DNA of 64,000 nt from Lama guanicoe (lineage: Eukaryota), in contig MU054049.1 in NCBI GenBank assembly GCA_013239625.1, positions 2,049,892 to 2,113,891 of the forward strand. The letters run 5' to 3'. Positions 40,001-52,000 of this stretch are shown piece after piece (the first letter of the stretch is position 1; every line of letters begins with the position of its first letter). Under the pieces are notes generated by a model. It was given only the letters and a program-made list of their open reading frames with translations, did no database searches and was not told the DNA's origin. Position numbers and translations under genes: made by a program.

Positions 40001-43000
40001 GTCACCCATCCTGGGGTAGAGGTGGGTGAGTACTGCTGTGGTGAACAGTGACCGTGAGCTCTGCTTTCCCACGTTCTTAGAGACTGTGTGTGGAGGGGAC
40101 AGCATGGGATGGGTTTCAGGTTTGAAGAGAAGGCATGGAAGGTCAGAGAGGCACTTTGGAAAGGCAAGGTTAAGTGGCTGTGGCGACACCAAGCCACAAG
40201 TCCCAGCCTGAGGCAGGCCCCGGTCCTGCAACCTCTTCACAGCTGCCTTCCTGACCCCTCTGGAAATAAGGCTAGGTGCTCCCTCCTGGTTCGTCCTCTG
40301 CCACTGGGCCTGGTGAGAGAGGATGCTGCGTTTGCAGATGCTAAGTGTGCTGCGTGCCCTGGCAGAACTAAAGCTAGTGCACCTGCGGGGAGTTAGAAGT
40401 AACTGGAAAGGGATAAGATGAGGGAGGGCCTTTGGCGTCGCCTGAGAATGCGGGATGGCGGCTGGTGATTTGCTGGACACAGACTGCACCTACTTCAAAG
40501 GTTTTTCTTGCCACTTTAAACCATGTAAGGTCAACAGATGACTCGGGCGTTTTGGTGGCAGGTGGGTTCCTGTAGGTGTGGCCTAGAAAGAACAGACTGT
40601 TTTGAAAATCACATTTGCCTTGTATTTGACTTTCTATTTGTTTGTGTAGCCAAAAGAAGACCCAGAGAGCATCACTCCTCTTTGAAGATGATGGTGACAG
40701 TGGAAGCTCCCTGTTTGGCTCCCCTCCCACATCTGTTCCTCCTGCAGCAACGGTATTCTTAACCTCTTAGGCCCAGGAAATATCCTAGAGGTGATGTTAC
40801 ATGAATAGTGATACTGCCCTCCATCAGGTCCTAAAACCCAACCTTGGAGGCTGAATCTTACAGAGAAATTTGTTTGCCTAGTTTTAGAAAGATCTTCTGT
40901 TGAGCGGTATTTTACAGAGGAAGCACGTGTGCAGACTTCTACCCTGGAGAGTTGATTAGTAATCTATTGAATTTTGAAGGTTCTGGAAATAGAAAATTTC
41001 TTGGAAGCTGTAGTCATTATGGTTGTTAAATAGGACAGAAGGTCAAAGGTATGCATCTTAACCAGCTGAGCGACTGCACACTTGAGCTGGTAAAATATCC
41101 CCTTTAGGCAACAGTGTATAAAAGATTTTTTGCTTTTAGAGTTCCTAGAATATTTTAAAGTTAAGTGCAGCTCAGTTGTAAACCTATCAAGAAGATTAAT
41201 TTCAGAATGAAGATGAAGAGTCAGTGTATCTTGAGGAAGATTTAAAATCAGTAGTTTGGGTGGCATTTTCCTTGGTGTAAGGACCATTGTTCTATGAAGG
41301 GAGGCTACTTTCCACCATGCTTAAGTCTCATTTTTCACACTAATCCACTTGCATCGACATTTTACATAGTTTTAGTGATTCTAGCATATTCCACAAAAAT
41401 TTTTTCTTAGATCACTTTGGTCTTGCTTTATTTCTTTGGAAACTTGTGGGTTTCTAGTCCTTTATTTTGAGTTCAAATCGTTATGTGTTTTACAGACCTC
41501 TTTCTAACAGTAACTAAAAATCTCCTTACCTTATTATTCTTATTCACTCATAGTTTTTTCTATCATAGTCAGTCTTGTTCTTTAGTTTCCCAAATTTGTC
41601 TTCCCAACCTGATTTAGATATTTCTTCACAACTTACTTCCTCGTACCATCTAGTCTGGTTAGTATGACCGAGTTGCAGTATTTTTCTCAAGAATTTTTGG
41701 TAGGTCACTTACCTCAAAGATGCCAGTAACTCTGGGCAAGTTACATAACCTCAGTCTCCTGATCTCTGAAACCCCCGCCTCTACATAAGGAAAAGATGGG
41801 AGATGAGGCAAAGTGCTCGCTAACTTGTGCTGAGCACCTGCTTGGTATAAAACACCGTGACTGGCGGTGGAAACAGACTGTATGATCCTTTCAAATGAAT
41901 GGACAAGTAGATGTATGATAACTTTTAATGCAAATTAGGAAAAGGAAGGGCTAGGTATAGATACAAATATTCTTTTTAAATTTTTTAAAAAAAATTTTTG
42001 GCAGGGGTAATTGGATTTATTTATTTTTAATGGAGGTACTGGGGATTGAACCCAGGACCTCGTGCATGTTAGGCAGGCACTCTACCACTGAGCTATACCC
42101 TCCCCAGCTTTCATATAAGTATTCTTATCAATGAAGCAACTGACAGAATTCAAGAGAACAGGAAAACCTTTCCAGATGACATCTCAGCTGGGCCTTGCTT
42201 GAAAGATGAGGAGAAATTGCTTCTCCAGACAGTGAGGCTCAAGCATGGAAGGTTTACAGTAGGTTTAAGGAATAGTGAGGATTGATGAGGTGTAGATGGA
42301 TGAAGGATCATAATCAGGGGTCAGCCGGTGGTCACCTTTAGCCTGTGCTGAATGCAGACAGTGCAGGTTTGGGGTGGGAGATGAAGTCATCTGGTGAGTG
42401 CTTTGTTTTGTCAGGACAGCTCTGGATGATGTCAGATAGCTGAAATGACAGGGGAGGGAGGCGGGGAGGAGGGAGCAGTACCTGTCTGGGTGGGAGAGGT
42501 TAGGATCTGAGCACTGGCACACACAAGGTGTGAACAGACTTGAGACAGGTGCAGACGATAACGGTGGCGGGAACTGTCAAGTGTCAGGTACGGTGATGAC
42601 TGCTGCTCCCTGTTTGTGCCCTTTTCGCCGCCCTGTCCTGTCTCTCCCGACCCCAGCCTTTTGCTAACGCCCTCACGTGCTTGGGCTTGTTCTATACATT
42701 GCCACGCTCATCAGGCACACTTTTCTTTTCTTTTCTTTTTTTTGAGGATGTCATTAATTTTTTTTTTGATAGAAAAAAGAGACTGTCCCTAAAGGAACCC
42801 CTTTGCTGTTCAGTGATGAAGAAGGGAAGGAGGAGGCACAGTTCGGAGTGAAACCTGTGGCTCAGAAGCCTGAGACTGCCAAAGGGTCGGCAGAATTTGG
42901 GAGAACTCGTGTCACTGAGGAGTCCAAAACGGTAGCCTTTTTTTTTCTTTGTGTATTCTGTTATTTTTGTCTCTCGCATGTTCTTGTAAAACGCATGCCC

Positions 43001-46000
43001 GCACACACACTTGGACATTTTTTCTGCCGCAGAAAATAAACAGCTCATTTGTTGAAAATTTCGAAAACACTGAAAACTGCAGAGGAAAATTTATGCTCCC
43101 ACCATCCAGGGAAACCTTCAGCTCTGCCCTTGCCTTCCAGTCTCTCTTCCCGGTGGACGTGTGCACACGGTGATGTGTGTTTTTCCCCTTTTACGTTATT
43201 ATTGTTATTTTGTGTTGATGTCTGTTTTGCCCTCCTCTGTCTCATCTCGTTTTTCTTTCTGTTTTGTTTTTGCTTTTGTTTTTTGTGGAGGAGATAATCA
43301 GGTTTATTTATTTATCTTTTTTTTTTCTTTCAATGGAGGTAATGGGATTGAACCCAGGACTTGGTGCATGCTAAGCATACACTCTACCCCGAGCTCTACT
43401 CTACCCCGAGCTCTACCCTCCCCCTGTCTCATCTCATTTTTCATTTTGGTTTTCTTTCTGCATGTCTGTTCTTTCTGACTTGCTTGCTTTCTCCGTAGTC
43501 TTGTCTGTTTCCCCTGGTTCTCTTCAACTCCCCATGTATACCTGAATTAAAATGACAGCTTTAAGAAGATTTTAGTTTACCTTTCTTTACACAACCCTGA
43601 CGTTGGCTGTGAATTATGGAGTAAAGTGAAATTTGTCTTCTCCTAAAACATTAGCATTCTTCTTGCAAGCAGGCTGGCATCTCTGGGAATCAGCGATTGC
43701 CTTCAGTCTCTGCCTTTTCTTTTTTTTTCCCCTAACTTTTCTCGTACTCTGTTCAACCATCTAGGTTTAATCTTTCTTCTAAGGCCCACGTGAAGTATGT
43801 TGCATATACTTTTTCCATTGAGGCTCCTTGGAGCTGCAGTGATGCAAACATTTTAACTGTACCTGAGTCGTCATGTGACATTCTCTTCCCACTGATTCAC
43901 TGTGGCCCTTTTCTGTGTTGCCGTGTCCCCTGGGTTACCCTGGGCATAGCCCGCCCCAACCTGAACTCTAGCTGCTTATCGTACTGCCGTCTCCCTTGCT
44001 TGAGTACAAGGTTCTTGAGGATTGGGGCCATGTTTGTTTCACTCACCGTAGTGTCTGTGGTGCTTAGCATATTACTTTGCACACAGTAGGGGCTTTTAAA
44101 ATTACACACTTACTTTAAAAAAACATATTTTTTCAGTTTAACCACTTTGAAATTACAATACCCTTGACAATTGATGACACATTTAATTGGGAGTTGTTTT
44201 TTCTTTCTTGGCAGTTCATAAGTAACAGTGGTTCTTACACCCCGTGTGTCTTCCTGAAATGTGATGCTTGTTGAATGAATAAATGCTGTATTTTAAGATT
44301 ATTTCAGAGATTCTTCTAATTGTGTAATATGGTGTAATAAGCCTTCTATAGTTTAAGTGTCGGATTTTGTCAATTAAGTTTCTCTTTGGGACTTATGTGT
44401 TAGTTAAATACTAGCAAATATATGATCCATTCCCAATGATCGGCATTTGTGTTACCTCTGTGACTTTGAAGTTGTTTGTAGCTCACAAGCAACCCTGTGG
44501 ATCAAGGTAATATATGTGCTGATATATATGTATCTTGGTAGTAAGGAGTTATGTGTATAGGCTTTAAACTGATTGGAAAAATCATCTTTGACTACGAATT
44601 ATCTGTACAAGACTCCATTGGATCAAGAATTGGCCTCAGTGTTTTGTTACCCGGGAGTAGATATAATTGGCTGTCGTGCCCTGAAACATGCAAATGTGAC
44701 AGTTAGTGAATTCATGAGGTGTTTGGGAGGCCCCACAAGATAATTTGTACTTCCAGATGTTACTCATTTTTTTATCTTATTATTTCCATTAGCAGGAAGC
44801 ACCTTTGAATGTATCTACTCAGGAAGCAGCCAAGCATTCTGATTTATTTTCGCCACCATCTTCCCTGGACAAAGGAGCTAAAAGTAGAACTAAAACGGTT
44901 CTTAGCTTATTTGATGAGGATGAGGATAAAACAGAAGATCAAAACAGCTTCCAGGCTCCAAAGAAAGAAGTAGGAAAGGTGAGAAAAAAGCGATTAAGGT
45001 TCAAGTCTTTAGAAGGGTAAAGGAGTCTCATTTCACAGTGTCAGTTCTGTGATGTGAGTTGTTGGAGAATTGAGGGTTCCAGTTTCTCCACATCCGCACC
45101 GTCACTCATTGTTGACCTTTTTCATAATGGCCAAGTATTGGTGAGGATGTGGAGAAACTGGAACCCTCACTCATTGCTGTTGGGAATGTAAAATGGTGCT
45201 GCCACTTTGGACAACAATTTAGTGGTCCCTCAAATGGTTAAATGTAAGAGGTACCACATGACCTAGCAATTCCACTGTTAGGTATACATCCAAGAGGAAT
45301 GCAAACATGCATTCACACAAAAACTTGAGTGTGATGTTCCCAACCGTATTACTCATAATAGCCAAAGGATGGAAACAACTCAGATGTCCATCAGCTGATG
45401 AATGGATAAACAATGTGTTATAAGCGTACAGTGGAATATTATTTGGCAATAAAAGAATTGGACCTAGAGATCGTCATTCTAAGTGAAGTAAGCCAGAAAG
45501 AGAAAGAAAAATACTATATGATATCACTTATATGTGGAATCTTAAAAAAAAAAAAATAAAGGGACACTATGAATTCATCTACAAAACAGAAACAGACTCG
45601 AAGTCTTAGTGAACAATCTAATGGTTACCAGGGAGAGGGGGTGGGAATTTGAGATTTACAAATGTTAGTCACCATATATAAAAATAGATTTTTTTTAAAG
45701 TATTAGAAAAATTAAAAAAAAAGAATGAATTACTGATACATGCTACAACATAGATGACCCTTGAAAATAAGCTGAATGAAAAGAAAAGCCAGTGACAAAA
45801 AACTGCATGTTGTATGAATTCATTTATTTGAAATGTCCTGAATGGGCAAATCCAGAGAGAGATGAAAGCAGATCAGTGGTTGCCGGGGTCTGAGGAAAGA
45901 GGTAGCTGGGAATGGAGAGTCATTGCTGACAGGCTTGGGGTTTCTTTTTGAGACGATGCAACGATTCTAAACTGAGATTGTGGTGGTGTTTGAACGGCCC

Positions 46001-49000
46001 TGTGAATATACTAAAAATGAGTGAATTTTATGGTATGTGAATTTTTCTCTCAATAAAGGTGTTAAAAAAAATAGGGAACAGGTGATGGGCCATAGATAGC
46101 CAATGTTTTTTAAATTAAAAAAATAAAACTGAGGATATAGTCCACGTTGATTTTTACAACAAATGATTTATGAATTTGTTTGTTGTACCAGTAGTAGCCT
46201 GCTTATAAATGAGAGCTACACCGTAGTGAATAGGAATAATTTGCTATATTTCCTTCCAGTCTCTTTCTGTGGATGATTTTTGTATGGGATTTTCATGGTT
46301 GCAGAACTTTTAACCTTAGTTGCTATGTTACACTAGTTTTTATGTGTAACCAATAATAATTATTACTTAATTTTTAATGTGACGTATTTGTCAGAAGTGA
46401 GTTTTTTATTGTTATTATTGTTGTTTTAATTTGTGGTTGTGATACTAAAGAAGAAGAGGGAATTTTAGAGTCCAGTTGGGGGCATTAGAGTTCAAACCAA
46501 GTGATGTAAATAGTAACTTTTGAACGTCAGATTCCCTAGCAAACAAAAAGAACTCATTTGGGATCCGACAGTAGTGGAGTGGAAGGTGGACAGCATTGGC
46601 AAAGGTTGGCTGATCACACCTGTGCCAGGTCCTTGGCCTCAGATGCTGATAAGTTCAAGTTAGAGATACGTACTTGACCACTTTGTGTAGTTTCCAATAT
46701 TAAGTCAGTTGGTGTCTCTTCTTCCCTTTGGGGATGAGATGGAGAGAATTTGTTTAATTTTATGTGTGTTCACCCCTAAAATATTTCTCCATGTGGAACT
46801 AAGGATCATTCTTAAATAAGCAGTTCAGACGCTATACAAAGGTTGAAAGATGATCTCTCCAGATTATATATCTGTATTTCTATATACTCTCCACTATTTT
46901 TGATATCTCCGTAGTCTTTCCATCATATGACTGCGTCATTCCCCTTCTGATTGGCACTCAGGCTGTGTCCGGCCTTTAGCCACTGTAAACAGAGCCGCAG
47001 GGCATATCTTTGTGGTTCTGTCTTTGCAGCTGTGTGTAATTTCCTTGAGATAAATCCTTACGACTCTGTAAAATACATGAACTTTGTTCTTTTTCCTAGA
47101 GTCCTGAGCCTGAGGCCCGCCCCAAGAGCACAGGCGTCTTCCAGGATGAAGAGCTCCTTTTTAGTCACAAGCTCCAGAAGGACAATGACCCAGATGTTGA
47201 CCTTTTCTCCGGCACCAAAAAAACCAGGGTCAGTTCCTGTTGGTTCTCCCCACTCAGGGCTTTGCTGTCATATTAGGTGTGATCTCCACAGCTTTACCTG
47301 GAGCATTCTTCGAATTGTTTTTGCTTTGGATATTGAATTTGAGTTTTGTCTCTTCTGTCTAGTTGCTGGAGCCCAGTGTCGGGAGCCTATTTGGGGATGA
47401 TGAAGACGACGATCTTTTCAGCTCTGCCAAGTCGCATCCTTTGGTACCAGCCTTTTGTTCTCAGTACTGCGGTGTGTGGGAAGGCTTCTGGGAGAGGAAA
47501 TTAATGTCCAATTACATGATTAAGGAAAATGCTCTCTATTGGACAGCAAATAATGTCCTGATGACAGTGTTCATGTTGTCCCCATCTTATGTTTCCTAAC
47601 TAACATTAAAGCATTAACTGACTCAGGCTTTCTCACTGTATGACACATTTGTTTGATTTTTGTTTATTGAAACACCAATGCATATGTTACGATGACAAAC
47701 TGTTCATGCCTTTCAGGTAGAAGGCTGTAAATCTGGGTGTGGTTAGCCTGTGTGTGTCATTTCCCCCCTTCCCCAGTAGATTTTGTAAGTACTCTCAATT
47801 TTCTGTTTACCATAGAGAGGACGCCTGAGGAAGTCACAGCCTTTAGAACGCTATTTCTAAAATGTCACCTTTGAATTCGTGCATTTGACCCTGATTTGAG
47901 AGTTGACTTTTAAAACTAAGAAGCCACTCTTTTTTTTCCTTCTTCTTTTTTTGCATTATGACTTTTCTTTAAAATTTCCAAGATACTTAACAGACTTTGG
48001 GTATTCTTTGCTTTTGAAGATACCAGAAAAGAAGAAGGTAGTGAAAAAAGACCAGTCTGTTTCCTCTTTCAAGAATCAGAAACATCCTGAATCCACTCAA
48101 GGTATCAAAGAAAAAGGCATATGGAAATTGGAGACACCTCAGGTTAGAACTGATCTCTTTAAGGACTCTCAGCTCTTGTTTGCGTCCCGGTACAGAGTAA
48201 CTCCTTCATTCAGGCCCCAGGTCCTTCAGAGTTCTCTTAATTAAGGAGGACACAACCACCAGGACCACCTCTCGTTGTTTACTGTTTTTGTTTTTTAACC
48301 GCTGCTCATCTCTCCTCTCATCACTCCACACTCCGGTTCCACGAATCTGTATTTACCGTTCTATTTGGAGTACCCTCAGGTTTGATTCCAAGATAGAATT
48401 AAAGTAGGATGAATACCTTCTTCCCACTAGAATCCCATTTCTCCCTTTGAGCTACCTTGGAGTAGGATTCTATTAGAATTAAGTGTCAATTACATCCAAT
48501 TTCTCGGTTCCGTCTCTGTGTTACCTCTTCTGAGCTCATCACTATTAGGCCTCCATCCTCAGCTGTCTTCTCTACGGCGCCACTCCTGAGAACAGACCAG
48601 CACCAGAGTCCTGGTTCTGGCTGAGAGCTGTCCCTGGACGTCTCACTGAGGCCTCAGTGCTCTGAGCTACCAAATGAGGCATGAGGACTAGCACCTCTCC
48701 AGTGACTCGAGTCTCAGCTTCTTCTGCCCCTAAAATGAGTGCATTAGGCTGCAGTTGAATTTCTGTGTGCTCTGTAATATTTGCTGTGTGAGATAACCAG
48801 CTGCTTTAACCAGATTTTGGTGCTCGGATACACCGCACTTCTTAGCGAGTCTTACTCATGACCTTTGTCTCCCTTTACTCCATGATTGCTCTCACAGCCC
48901 TCTACTTTCACAGTGAATAAAGAGTCACAAATGAAGTAATGTAGTGAGATGTTTAGAGGCCCCAAGAGAGATCTTAATGCCTTTTCCATTATAGAACTAC

Positions 49001-52000
49001 AGAAATTGACAGCTTTGTTCCATCACAGAGTTATTTACAGACATAAGCGTAATCCAAGAGACACTTTTCCTTCTGTTTCCCTGATGGATTTTTAACTGAA
49101 TGTAATTTCACACAGGACTCTCCAGGTCCCGCTCCATTTAAAAGCAAAGAGCCATCCCCTCGGATCTGGAAAATACAAGTAATTATAACATGTCTGGAAT
49201 CTTCGTTGCCTGCCTTGCGGCATCTGTAAACTTTTTGGGGTTTTCCTTTTGGCAGCTGCTGCCAGGCATCTTCTCATCTCCTTTTCACCCTCTAGCTGTT
49301 GCTTCCTGTGTGCTAGGTCTGTAACACCTCTTTTCTGGTCCCTGCGGTGGGCACAGGTGTATAACCATCTGCTTTCATTCTAAGACTAGATCAGGAGAAT
49401 TCCCTGCTCACCTCTTTCTCCTCTCGTACATTGTATTATGTACAGTCTCTCTTCCTGTGTCCCAGTAATGATAGTAGATTGTTGTGTTTAAGGAAGCATA
49501 CAGAGTAAGTTTCATCTTTCTTTTTCAGGCAAATTTAGCAATTAACCCAGCAGCCTTGCTTCCTGCAGCGACGACCCAGATCTCGGGAAAGAAGCCTGTT
49601 TTGTCGGAGTTGGATTGTCCTTCGTCTGAACCCGGGAGGATCCACAGTCCGGAAAGTGTGCCTGCTCTTCCCGGGAGTGGGGAGGCTGGCGTGAGTTTTG
49701 ATCTCCCAGCTCAAGCAGACACCTTACCCAGTGCCAACAAGGTGAGAAAACCGCCTTTGCTTCCTTGCCTGCCTTTTTTAAAAAAAAAAAAAAAAAAACC
49801 AGAACAATTTGTGTGTTTCTTCCTACTCCATCCTTTGCACATAATAGGCTGACCGTGATTCCTCACTTGAAGGAGGTACCTCATCTTTCCTTCAGCCTTT
49901 CTGCCCTCCTTCCACCTCCCTGGTTCTGTGTCTCCTCTCCCACTGCCCGCATTTGTTCCATTTACACTCTGCTCAGGAGATACAGTGAAGTCCCGTGTCC
50001 TCCCGGTTCTCTGGCACTGCCACGTGGAGGTCTTCTAAACACAGAGCCGATCTCCTTACCCTGTGCTTCCTCTGCCATCTCTTTACTGCTCAAAGGAGGA
50101 AAGTCAGGCTCCTCAGTTTGGTATTAAAGCCTTTTACAGTCTGTGCTCACTGAAGCTTCCAGCTTCCCCACCAGTGACCCCGACGCTATCAGCCTAACCC
50201 CAGTCTCAGCAGGCACTGTTCCCTGAACACACGTGCCCCGACCTGCTGCCGCTGCCACCAGCTCCCACTGTCTCCTCTTCCTCATCGACAGCTCTGCACA
50301 GACTTCACAGCTTCTGGGATACTTCCCGTCCTGCCCCTTGTCCCGGGCTCCCTCCCTGAGATCCTCTGGCACTTATGGTCCTGTCACACTGTTCCATAGG
50401 ACTGTGGACTTGTGCCAAATGGACTGTGAGCTCTTGGGGGTTTGCTTTTTAGTTGGTTCACGCTTTTTCAATCCAGTCTTCCTGCTCAAAAAAAAAAGTC
50501 TGAGCTATTCTCTGAGTAGGCGACAGTACCTAGGATAACCCTGCAGATACATTCATTTCAGGTATTTCCAAATCTGTTTTTCTTACAAAAAATAAAATAT
50601 CTTTTTTTCTCTTTTTTTTTTTTTTTGGTTAAGCTTAAATTGGCTACTTCATGAAATAATTTGTGAAATTTCCTTGAAAAAGACTAACACAATCAAGTAC
50701 TTTGCCCAAAGTATCTTATGCCTTCTTAAAACTACTTGATTGTATGTTTTTGGAAATACTACAAATATTACATTATTGCTAATAAGTGACTCATATTTCG
50801 AGGTTTTATTGAAAAAGTTCTAATTCCTAAGCCACATTTTCTTACATAAAGTATTTAATGCTTGGAGTTAGTGTTTGTTGACTTGAAGAAAAGAGCAATG
50901 TGAGATTACCTCTCTTTCTTTATCTTATCTCTCTGCTCCTGGGGCCCAATTTTAGGCTAGCCTTCTACTAAAGGTTAGTACCAGATTCCCCCTGATTTGT
51001 TCTCGTTTTGAAAGATACCCACATTGAAACTGAGGGCAGAGTAGGGGCCAGGGAGCACCGTGGGACACAGAGCATACCAACACACCTACTTCACAGGGTT
51101 CCAGTGGTGGATGAAACCTTCTGGATGAAACTGAGTGGAAATTGCCCTCAGAAGACTCGAAAACAGGGACCACTAAGGAATTAAGAATGACTTAGTCTAG
51201 GAGGAGTAGGAGTTCTTAAACACCTTTGGAAATCTTTGAGCAATAACCTCTTCTGTGTCTGAGATAATATCTGGATGGAGGTGGACCAGACAGCCTGACT
51301 GTATTTTTAGTCGCTGATTATTTGCCTTGTTAGCTTTGAGCACCTTATAAAAATGGCCAGATCAGCAAGTGTTTTTTTGCCATTGCAGAGCCGGGTCAAA
51401 GTGAGAGGGAAGCGTAGACCACAGACGCGTGCAGCCCGGAGGCTGGCTGCCCAGGAGTCCGGCGAGGCTGAGGACATGTGCGGCCCCAGAGGATTTGTTG
51501 CCCAGTTGGCAGATGGCACTACTTCACTGGATAGTCATCAGCCACAGCCCAGGGCGACTGGTGGAGAAGAGAGGTCTGAAGAGGCCGTGGCAGCTGCCAC
51601 TCCAACTTGGGCAGGTGGTCCTGTGCCGGGAGTGGACAGAAGCCCCTTTGCCAAGTCTCTGAGTCAGCCTCTGGAGGGTGACCTTTTTGATTCTGGAGAC
51701 ATCTTTTCCAAGGGCATCACATCTCAGTCCACGGGGAGAAGAAAAGCCAAGGGGAAGGCAGCAGACAGCCCGGCCAACCCGCCGCGGGGGAGTAAAGAAA
51801 AAAGCCCCTTGTTTCCTCCTCTGGGGGAAGCAGGCAGTGATGACGATCTCTTCCAGTCTGTTAAACCAAAACCAGCAAAGAAAACGAATCCGTTTCCTCT
51901 CCTGGAAGATGAGGATGATCTCTTCACAGACCCAAAAGGCAAAAAGAATGAGTCAAAACCCAACAGTCAGCAGGATGTTCTCTCAAAAACAGAAGATATT

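Noticed and set aside
39992..40489. 165-aa minus-strand ORF in intron 20
   Set aside because: Non-ATG start, no recognisable domain and no splice or promoter context; consistent with chance.
40753..40765. Exon 21 donor GTATTCTT resembles the U12 5' consensus GTATCCTT
   Set aside because: It mismatches at the near-invariant +5 C, and the exon 22 acceptor has a U2-type pyrimidine tract with no TCCTTAAC branch site; treated as a weak U2 donor.
49780..49798. Long A run just after exon 28 suggesting an alternative 3' end
   Set aside because: Genomic homopolymer with no upstream AATAAA; it would cause oligo-dT internal priming artefacts rather than mark a real polyA site.
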